In this document: piece by piece, positions 1-9,630 of the stretch
Layout of the letters: each line of letters starts with the position of its first letter
Numbering within the stretch: the stretch's first letter is position 1
The notes under the pieces: model-generated
Told to the model about the DNA's origin: nothing
Databases searched by the model: none
What the model saw: only the letters and a program-made list of their open reading frames with translations
Source of the DNA: Catajapyx aquilonaris
Taxonomy: Eukaryota
Direction of reading: 5' to 3'
Assembly (NCBI GenBank): GCA_000934665.2
Contig: KZ538479.1
Span: 1-64,000, forward strand
DNA length: 64,000 nucleotides
Made by a program: the position numbers and the translations under genes

Positions 1-94
1 GCGGCCCAGGCCTATGATTCCGATACTGTATATGATCATCTGCTGACCATTACGCCATTGGCATATGGCTTACGGTAGAGTTTTGATACACCCT

Positions 95-3000
95 GTATAG
101 TATAAAGCCCCAATCCGAGGATATAGGATGGAAAGGATCTCCCACTTCCCGACGTCGTAGAGGGCTGGGAGTGGCCTTGAAAAATAGCTGCAAAAATCAA
201 ATGGGAATCGAAAAATCCTCAAAACTGCAAATTTCCCAGTCGTTTTCGAGCTATGGCCCAAAAACCAAATTTTTAATTCCCGACCTTGCCCAGAAGTTCG
301 TTAAAGCCCGAGAACAATAGCCCTATCCATCACCCGCTGACAGGCGCATTCACTCTTATCCCACCTTCCCACCTAGCCTTTTTTCATGATACGTCACCTG
401 GGGCGCATTCTAATACTCCACTGTGGACCGTGACGTCACGGGTTCTGTAACCGGATAGGTTACGGCGGAATACGGGCACCGCGCCGTAGGCGCGCAGGTG
501 GGGCGCAGCCCCATGGGGGGGGGGTCCGGGGGGCGGAGCCCCACCGATATATATAAAGCCCCCTATCCGACGAGGAGGAGGAGAAGGATGAAAAAGATTT
601 CGCACTTCCCGGCGTCGCAGAGATCTCGGACTTGCGCCGTTGCATTTCTAGCTTCCGATATACCGATGCCAAAAATCCTCTTAATCGCAAAATTCCCAGC
701 CGTTTTCGAGATCGCCAAATTAAATGTAGACGCAAACCCGAGATCGCGAAATTAATGTATCCGCAAACTCCCCCGGTTCCCCGAGCGGCCAACAGACGAG
801 AGCCACTATCGCCTGCACCAGCACCACCCACTACCTCCCACGGGGGGCCTCACAGATCCCCCCTCACACCCTCGCCCTCCTCCTGCCCCACTCCCCACCT
901 CCCACCTACGCATCTCTCGGCCAATCATCAGCCGAGCAGTTATTGTTCCCTCCCTCCCTCCCCACAACCACCCATCCACACACTTAGCCCCCTCTCCCCC
1001 TCTCCCCAACTCCCCCCACCTCTCACCTACGCCCATTCCCCCCACTCGCAATCCTCGCTGTGTGTTGCATCATCCTCAGTCTTAGGCAGTCCTTTCCCTC
1101 CGAAATGCTTCATTTCTCGCATGGTGGTTGTCGGAGAGAGCTGTGCTTTTTGCAAGGATGTTTGGCCATTTCGCCACCACAGTACTCATTGTTGGTGGTT
1201 GATTGTTGGCTGATTGGCAGAGTTCGTAGGTTGGCTGGCTGGTGGGTGGGTGGGTTGATTGATTGTTGCAGGTGCTTGCAGTTGTTTTTTGTCAATCACG
1301 ACCGCACTCACATTGTTGTTGGTTGATTGTTGGTGAGTTGGTTGGTTGGTGGGTAGGGTGATTGCTGCAGGTGCTTGCAGTTGCTTTTTGTCAATCACGA
1401 CCGCACTCACATGGTTGTTGGTTGTCATTCATCATTGGTCACTCCATTGACGACATACTCCAGGTAATTGTTGCCAGCTCTCTAGCGGTGGTGGGTAGGC
1501 CCTGGCGGGGACGCGTAGCGCCGAAGGCGCGCCAATTGGGGCGCAGCCCCAAGGGGGGGTGTGGGGGGCGGAGCCCCCCCGCCTCGCAAAGCGAGTCAAT
1601 CAAGTATATATAAAGCCCCTAAACGAGGATAAGGATGGAAAAGATTTCGCACTTCCCGAGGTCGTAGAAACCTCGGACTTGCACCGTTGGATTCCTTGCC
1701 CCCGGTTTAGTGTTTACAAAAATCCTCATAATCGCAAAATTCCCAGCCGTTTTGGAGATCGCCAAATTAAATGTAGACGCAAACTCCCCCGGATCCCCGA
1801 GAACAATGGACCACCCACTCCTCTCCACCCGCTTGTCACTCAAACCAGGGCCCTGCTCAAACCCACAGCTCAAACCAGCCGTGGGAATGCAACGTCACAG
1901 ATGGTCCCACCTGTCGTCCCAAGCGCTGTTTTGAACGATACGTCAGAGAGGGCACGTTCGGAAACTCCTCATAGCTACCGGTGACGTCACTGATTTCTGT
2001 AACCGGATGGATTAGGCGGAATACGGGCACCGCGCCGAAGGCGCGCAGGTGGGGCGCAGCCCCACGGGGGGGTCCGGGGGGGCGGAGCCCCACCAGCTCG
2101 CAAAGCGAGTCAAGTATATATAAAGCCCCTAAACGAGGAGGATATAGGAGGAGGAGGATGAAAAAGATTTCACACTTCCTCGGAGAGACCTCGGACTTAC
2201 ACCGTTGTATTCCTTGCACCCGCTTTCCTATTTTCAAAAATCCTCAAAACCGCGAATTTCCCAGCCGTTTTCGAGATCGCCAAATTAAATGTAGACGCAA
2301 ACCCGAGATCGCGAAATTAATGTATATCCGCGAACTCCCCCGGTTCCCCGAGCGGCCAACAGACGAGAGCCACTATCGCATTGCCTCCACCACCCACAAT
2401 AACCTCCCGCTTCCTCCGGCGGCCCCCCCCCCCCNTTACTCGCACCTTTTGTGGTGACGTCACGGGTGTCCTGTGAAGGGGGGGTGTGGGGGGGGCGGAG
2501 CCCCCCCACCTCGCAAAGCGAGTCTAATATATATAAAGCCCCAATCCGAGGAGGAGGAGGAGGAGGAGGAGGAAAAAGATTTCGCACTTCCCGGCGTCGC
2601 AGAGACCTCGAACTTGCACCGTTGGATTTCTAGCTTCCGGTAAACCGATGCCAAAAATCCTCATAATCGCAAAATTCCCAGTCGTTTTCGAGATCGCCAA
2701 ATTAAATGTAGACGCATACCCGAGATCGCGAAATTAATGTATCCGCAAACTCCCCCGGATCCCCGAGAACAATGGCCCACCAACTCCTCTCCACCAGCCG
2801 TTGGAATGATACGTCACAGATGTTCCCACCTGTCGTCCCAAGCGCTGTTTTGAACGATACGCCAGAGGGCACGTTCGGAAACTCCTCATCGCTACCGGTG
2901 ACGTCACTGATTTCTGTAACCGGATGGATTAGGCGGAATACGGGCACCGCGCCGAAGGCGCGCAGGTGGGGNNNNNNNNNNNNNNNNNTGGGGGGGGGGC

Positions 3001-3420
3001 GGAGCCCCACCGTCGCGCAAAGCGAGACAAGTATGTATAAAGCCCCAATCCGAGGAGGAGGACTTAGGATATAGGATGGAAAAGATTTCGCACGTCCCGA
3101 GGTAGGGAGAGCTCTGGTCGAAATTCCGTTGGATTTCTTGCCTCCGATTTAGCAATGCCAAAAATCCTCATAATCGCAAAATTCCCAGCCGTTTTGGACT
3201 GGGCAAAAAGTCGACTTTTGCACGTGCCACCTTGTCCATCTGCGCCTCATTAAGCAGTCGGAGAACAATAGCCCCTCTCCGGCGCTCCCTCCCCGACCTG
3301 CTGACAATCTGGATCTACTCTAATCCCACCTCAGTGCCTTTTCTCACCATACGTCAGCTAGGGCGCATTCTCGTACTCCACACCTTTAGCGATGACGTCA
3401 CGGGTTCTGTAAACGGATGC
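95..3420. repeat. Mosaic tandem array of six related units (periods 451, 1057, 510, 413, 504 bp)
   Basis: TATAAAGCCCC recurs at 101, 552, 1609, 2119, 2532, 3036. Each is followed by variants of GAAAAGATTTCGCACTTCCC and AAAAATCCTCATAATCGCAAAATTCCCAGCCGTTTT. TGACGTCA at 431, 1982, 2455, 2899, 3393. Confidence 0.92.
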
Positions 3421-3499
3421 CACCCCGTTCCGATCAATTTTTGCGTAAAAAGACTTGCTTTGTTCGCATCGAAGAGTGGGGTAAGTGTGGGGCGGCCGG

Positions 3500-3706
3500 G
3501 ACATTTCAGTCTCTGGTCAAGTGGCGACCCTACCGGACTAGGCTGAACTTTATAGGTACAAAACTAACAAAAGGGAAGCGCTCCATTGGTGGACCCAACA
3601 TGGGCGCCGGCGGCCATTTTGGGCCCGCATGTAGCGCTTCCCTTTCGTACCTATAAAGTGCAGCCTAGTCCGGTAGGGTCGCCACTTGAACGGAGACGGA
3701 AATGTC
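3500..3706. mobile_element. Foldback/MITE-like element, near-fully palindromic
   Basis: ~60-bp arms GACATTTCAGTCTCTGGTCAAGTGGCGACCCTACCGGACTAGGCTGAACTTTATAGGTAC and its near reverse complement, plus inner arms AAAGGGAAGCGCT/AGCGCTTCCCTTT. No clear TSD. Confidence 0.7.
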
Positions 3707-4485
3707 TCATGGCGCTCTCAAGCGAGCATCTTCTGCAAAACGCGTCGGCAGGTGATAACAGCAGAAAGTAGTATGTCCGGGGGCTGGTCCATTCCATTGT
3801 GACTACACCCAGCACCGGAGCATCTGGTAGGCTTCATCCGTCCGTCGAAATTGCGCACTCTTCAATCATTCCATCCTAATAATGACGCGTGAAGTAACTT
3901 ATGTCCTTCAAAAATGTTAATCCATGTGTTGTTGTGGTGTGCAGACCTTGACGTAGAAAGGACATATCTGTTCAAGGTTACCCTGAGTAGCCCTGCAACC
4001 CAAACGAAAAAAAAAAATTAGGCTCATCGTGTAGTGTATATTCTATGCACCTAGTTGTACGCTAAACCCCGCTGTGTTCGCCTCTAACTGTATCTTTCAT
4101 CTTTGATGTGGTAGGTGTTGCTATCTGGCGGCCTTGGTAGTATTCAAAATATGTTGCCACATGGTGCACCAATTTATCATACTGACAGTTGCGCCAACGA
4201 CAATTCATGTGGGTTTTACACCGTAAAAATATTGTAAGAGTAATAGCGTTTGACAAAATAATGCCTCGCGAGTGTCAATCATACGAAATCCAAGTCCAAT
4301 TAGATCAAAAACTTTCCCTTCAGTAAAAAAAAAGGGAAGTAAGACCTCCGCGGCGGAATGAAGGTACTGAATCAAGGCAGGCGCACGTAAGACCTTCACC
4401 AATTGATTTAAGCTGTACCACAGGTCTTACTCAAGCAATTTCTAATTCACTGCTCATGAAGTCTCCTTTCTGAAACAAATCTTAG

Positions 4486-4572
4486 GAATTTCTGTCGTAC
4501 TACTAGCTACTTCTAACTTAGCAGTACCAGTGTAGTGCAATGGTACTTCTAAGTTAGCAGTATTAATTTTCC
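4486..4572. mobile_element. Degraded copy of the foldback family also at 54450 and 56344
   Basis: Shares CTAGCTACTTCTAACTTAGCAGT / TGGTACTTCTAAGTTAGCAGTA with those copies. Confidence 0.5.
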
Positions 4573-4939
4573 ATGAGCCACTCCATATTAGTGTTTTATG
4601 AAATTAGGAGCTTCAATATTAAGCACACTGATTGAATTTCTATGCGATTAGTGCGAATTATTGCCATGAAACATTCATGCAGAATCGTCACCTCTTTTAG
4701 ATGCTCATTTTAACTCTTAACGTTTAATTTTTCACATATAACGTTAATTTGTGAATTTTAGAGGGTCTTTTTCGATTGGACCAAGTCTTAGAATGGGTTT
4801 AGTTTTTCCCCATTTTTATTCTTTTCATAATAAAATCCTACAGTCTATACTGCTCTGAGTAGTTTGCAGCAGTCATTTTCGAGACTTCTCATACTGGGAG
4901 GCTAAGCAAATAAACGGCAGGTTTATTTCATGGATGAGG

Positions 4940-5247
4940 CGACTTATTTATTTGAATAATCAAGAACAATGTCTGTGGTGTAAATATCAGAGATATCCAG
5001 CACCTACGGGATAGGACTGCAATGGTAACTCCAGATATGATTGAGCGGGTTTGGCACGACAAGACCCAATACCGGATTTTTAAATCTTCCTAGCGACAAA
5101 TGAAGCTCATATCGAAACAAACTAAGCTGACACCAAAACTGTAGACCTTTCTTAGCATTTCAAAACTTAAATCATTCAGATATATGTCTACAAGTTTTTG
5201 AGTTATAAGGTTTTTAAAATGGAATATTCTCTTTCGATGACCTTATA
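4940..5247 (+). mobile_element. Tc1/mariner-superfamily relic (transposase C-terminus plus degraded right TIR)
   Basis: Translates in pieces as IKNNV..NIRDIQHLRDR..VTPDMIERVWH..NEAHIETN*; homologous to 38755-38984. Confidence 0.65.
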
Positions 5248-5524
5248 CTTCTGTCGCGTCGGTATGGAATGAATTCCTAAGTCATACACATTATTTTGAT
5301 TTAAGATAATCATGCTTTGATGTGCCTGCAAACATAATATGCGCTTTACGTTGTAACTACGTATCATGACGACATTTGACCACATACATTTTGACCAATG
5401 TAGAACTAATATGTCGGTATAAAGAAAATGTCAACATAATTTTTACCAAGAGGGTTATTCAGCCGAGAAATATCGAGGGACCAACCGAAAACGACGTGAA
5501 CGACGACACACAGTCCCCTTCCCC

Positions 5525-5755
5525 TACCGAAGCAGGTTGGCATATTGGATAAGGCGTCCGACTGCTAATCGGGAGGTCCTGGGTTCGAATCCCGGTGCCG
5601 GCAACCTTGACCGTGGTTTTCTGCGGTTTTCCACTGTCTTTCTAGGATAATTCCGGGGTCGCTTCCGTATAATAGGCCACAGCCGCTTCCTTCCTTCCCT
5701 ATCCTTGGAGGTTGAAAGGCAATGCTGGGCCAACCTCCTTAAATATCAATTATAA
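5525..5755 (+). mobile_element. tRNA(Ser-GCT-like)-derived SINE
   Basis: A-box-like and B-box (GGTTCGAATCC) motifs, GACTGCTAATC anticodon arm, body GTGGTTTTCTGCGGTTTTCC...GGCCACAGCCGCTTCCTTCC; 13-bp TSD AGTCCCCTTCCCC (5512-5524, 5756-5768). Confidence 0.88.
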
Positions 5756-6904
5756 AGTCCCCTTCCCCAAGCCAAGTTGCCACACACATGACAGCGTTTT
5801 TGCAGAAAGATCTGTTGTATAGGCATATTGACAAACGCATCTGTATACTAGATCGCCTCGTTCGTAGTAATCATATTCAAGCTCTTATCCTTCTCCCTAG
5901 CAACAATAACTGCAGATCAGAGGGTCAATCTGACTGCCGAGCTCACTTCAATATATGATACAAAGTCAAATCGTGGTCAAAACACTTGATGACCGTGCGA
6001 TGTGTGATATAGGCCATATCAATATTAATTATGTGGTCGAACGTCATAGGTGGCAATATCTGGAGATAATGGTCACTAACATCAAAATAATATTACTATT
6101 GCAAAATATTTATCAGAAAATGTGAATGCCGAAAATTCTTATATTCTCCATTTGTAACAATGGTAGTAGTTCTCATTCCTGCCAGAGATGCCAGATGGCA
6201 AGCTTATATCTTTGTCGATGTCTTTTTCGATGAGGAAGTGCTACTATACTCACCAGCAGAGTGCATACGTGTGCTGTTCCTGCCACGGTTCCTGCAAAGG
6301 CGTGTCCATCCAATCAATAATGCACCATCAAGTTCCTTGAATAAACGCTAGATGGTTTCCACGACATGACGAAAAATTAGTTCATGTGGAACTAACTCTT
6401 ATTCTTTAGTTAATGACTCGATTTCGAGCAAATCTGCGTCTTGGTAATCACTAATAAGTCTACTCGAACTTCTTCTAGACCTGCAGCCTATCGAAAGTTC
6501 TGAAAAATAACCCTCCATTATATCATGTGGCCTAAGCAGGATACCTCTATATCAAATACTCTACTGTTAGGCCCACATAAAATATCGTGACATTGGAGGA
6601 AAAACGTTAACTCTATCAGAAAAAATATCTTAGATCGCTATTAATATTGGCGAAGATAATAATTCATCCTCGAGGATGAATTATTTCGGCACTACCCCTC
6701 ACCCCATTCATTTGCGTAATTTTAACATGCCACAGGATGTTAAAAATATTTACCATCATAAAGTGGCTTATTTCACAGCAACAATGGTGTTTGCCTTTTG
6801 AGGCTAGTCATTTTAATATTGTCCTTTATTATACACAAATTGAGGGACACTGTGGTCCAGTGACTATGCCACTGTCTAGCCAAGCGGGAGGCCGGGAGCC
6901 CTAT

Positions 6905-6930
6905 CATAATCATAATCATCATCATCATCA

Positions 6931-6982
<52 letters not shown>
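6905..6982. repeat. Compound (ATC)n(ATT)n microsatellite
   Basis: Directly visible; it explains the poly-H/Y and poly-I/M ORFs. Confidence 0.95.
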
Positions 6983-7099
6983 GTTCAAAATCTTGACTGT
7001 AGGCCTATGAGACCCCAAGTGGAAAATCAGTTATCAATAAGCTTTAATATTATCAAACGACAAATTCTAATTAAATTACTAGAAAATTTGCAGCCAAGT

Positions 7100-7500
7100 A
7101 TTGATTTGGAAGCTGCTTATGACTGTGTTCACTCTGATATTCTGGACATACAAGAGAAATCCGCCACACCCAAACAACCAGTTTCGAGATAATTCAAAGC
7201 AAAGATTTGACCTTGCACTTGTTTGCATGCTGGTAAAGACAGAAAATCATGGCGTCCTGGATCATCATGAATTTTTTGGACTAAATTGACTTCAGCAGTT
7301 GATGGAACATTCAAAATGTTACTTATTGATGTAAATAATTCAAACCCGACAAAATTGGTTTACTTGTTAGTGGATTTCACTTGTAGGGCTATACCCACAG
7401 GTTGGTGTATGTAAGGCTGGGTATTTGTAACGTTTAAGTGCAACCTTCTAAATAATATAAGGTATGGATGGTTATGTTAAGTGTATGCGGACTGGGCGAA
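7100..7500 (+). pseudogene. Possible highly degraded non-LTR reverse-transcriptase fragment
   Basis: IDLEAAYDCVHSDIL (7100-7144) resembles the RT D-x-x-x-A-Y-D motif; VYAD near 7481 could be a decayed YADD. The frames between them are broken. Confidence 0.3.
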
Positions 7501-8870
7501 TCAGCGCAGAATATGATGTGTACCTGTCGTCCCTCCAGACCGCCTGTTAGGTCAATTCCTACCAATACATCATTGCCATTAGTCACTGGTCACAGAGTAT
7601 TAGTCATGGATAATAATGGAGACAAGTTTAAGAACGATATTAGTTGATCAACCTGCAGGTTGAGAAATAACGTCAGGTTCTGTATTCAGACGATTATTGT
7701 TCATTCCTCCAGGCTGGAAAGGGTCAAGCAAGATGCAATATACATGCCCACATCCTGGTGATGGCTTATTGCTATGCTTAGACTGGGTGCTGTGTGGTTT
7801 GCAAATGCATTTTTATTAATCATAATGTGCCGTAATAAATTTCATTGGATTCCACCTACTCGTATTTTTGTACCTCAGATCTTGAATGAGTTACGCACCT
7901 GTTAATTGACTGGCATGGATTTCATTGCTTGACTATCCCTTTCGTAGGGACACTTTCATGATGTTCATGTTAGTGTTAAGTTCGACAAATGCTGATATCG
8001 ATGATTGTGTCCAGTGGTAACTAAAGATCTGTGCCATCAAATGGCTATGTTCATGTTTGTGGGAAATTGTCATTAAACTTTTATGGCCAAGTGATGCTTA
8101 CGTTTGGAATGAGGCAATACACAGAGGAGGAAGTCACTTTTCTCCCGAACTTTCCTTGTAATGTCCTCGTGCGACCCCAAGATGGTGCAATATTTGTATG
8201 ATATAATCAGCTTCAGTTCCCTCTTGTGCAAGTTTTCTTAAACTTTGATAATAATGAGCAGAAGCACTGCAATTTCCGAAAGATCTGCTTCTTGAGTAAG
8301 TTATAGGCCTTTTCCAATTCCCAGGTCTTTGGTTATAACTGAACTTGACTTGAAATACATAGTACAAACCATTGGGGGGAAAAATAGTGACGTGCCAGGA
8401 TCATAATCTCCAACGAGTTCAGTGTAAAACAAATAATGTTTCTGCTCCAAAGTTATTGTATTGATCGAGTATGTGTCGAGATTTACACTGTCACGCTTTT
8501 GCATTTTCGTGGTTTTGGAGAAGACATTATTAGTTCATATGTTGGGTTAGCTTGCGTCTCCCTTCATCGCTGACTACCCCTCATAGGGAAATGTCGTGAT
8601 GTTGTTGTTGTTGTTGTTGTTGGAGAAGACATTAACTGTTTTACACTGAATTAGTTGGGAATTCTGACCGTAGCAAGACGCTATTTTCTTACTCACGACA
8701 GTACCTGTAGTAGGCTATATAGGGTGATGTTATTTTTTCCTAAACCGAGACATTATTTTAATGGTGCACGAACCCTAATACATTCAAGCCTATGTACGCA
8801 GTCACTCTTTATACAAGGCAAGCTTTATAATCTCATTTTAATTGTAATTTAATTGTAAAAAAGCTTCTAA

Positions 8871-9009
8871 CGGCCGGTTTCACCGAGTAGGTTATATTAT
8901 AATTCCGAGTTTCTTTTCGGAAAATCTTCACTTTTGGTTGTTGTCAGCAATGGCAATTTCTTGTTATAACCGAGGTTATAAATTATAACCAGGTTGTTGA
9001 AACCCGACC
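8871..9009. mobile_element. PIF/Harbinger (Tourist-like) MITE, degraded
   Basis: GGCCGGTTTCACC...TTGAAACCCGACC termini, TAA on both sides; same family as 39361-39487. Confidence 0.7.
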
Positions 9010-9527
9010 TAAACCTTGTTTGGTAAAAGAAGGGGCTGTGTAAAAATGGGGTTTTACAACCACTCAGATGTTTTATATCATTCTGCAGTATCTAGTTAGT
9101 ATGCCGTCAGTTAAGGTTACACATTGATAATAAGTTAATATACGCATGGTAAATGGACACTGACTCATTATATAAGTACGTGCAATTTAAAAAGGACGAA
9201 TCGTAAATTTGTGTCACTCTGTATTTAATAAACAGGCATTTAGACGTAATAATAATTTCTTGTTTCTTATCGTAGTAAAAATTCAATCAACTATGCAAAA
9301 TAACTTATCTCCTTCCTGGATTAATATGACTGACACTGTCCGATTAGGTTTACATCACTTCTACTCTCAAGTGGTCATTCACTTAATCCCTTTTCATGAA
9401 CTTTACCGATACCTGAGTGAAAGGAATTACGAAAAACCGTGTCGACGACAAATTCTGCCTTGTAGATAACATTTTGCGTCACGTCATATCTCCGAGCCCT
9501 GATCCCACTTTTTTGTGTCCCTGTGTT

Positions 9528-9563
9528 TATAAAACCAAGGAAGTGAGGGAGTGATACCGCAGT
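9528..9563 (+). promoter_or_regulatory. Lipase core promoter: TATA box and initiator-like motif
   Basis: TATAAAA at 9528-9534 and GCAGT (resembling the arthropod TCAGT initiator) at 9559-9563, about 30 nt later and just upstream of the ATG at 9588. Confidence 0.7.
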
Positions 9564-9587
9564 GGGATTGAATCTGCTGTCCAAGAT

Positions 9588-9630
9588 ATGGATTTCAGGC
9601 CATTCCTCTTCGTGGCTTTCCTTCTTGAAG
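9588..9630 (+). CDS. Lipase exon 1 (signal peptide)
   Basis: ATG at 9588, MDFRPFLFVAFLLE, donor GTAATT at 9631 (phase 1); lies downstream of the TATA box. Confidence 0.8.

Noticed and set aside
384..3161. Many overlapping Pro/Gly/Arg-rich ORFs in the array
   Set aside because: They occur in all frames of GC-rich repeats, the frames are not preserved between units, and no domain is recognisable.
95..3420. CRISPR-like repeat-spacer array
   Set aside because: Units are 400-1000 bp, the variable segments recur in pairs rather than being unique, there are no cas genes, and the context is eukaryotic.
5526..5600. tRNA-Ser(GCT) gene
   Set aside because: No proper acceptor stem or long variable arm; it runs into a SINE body bounded by TSDs. 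The other tRNA-like heads are likewise SINE parts.
6658..6685. 28-bp perfect palindrome AATAATTCATCCTCGAGGATGAATTATT
   Set aside because: Real but short and isolated, with no TSD or second copy; no function can be supported.
6737..7192. 151-aa ORF with poly-His/Tyr
   Set aside because: Translation of a microsatellite; only a short RT-like motif is noted separately.
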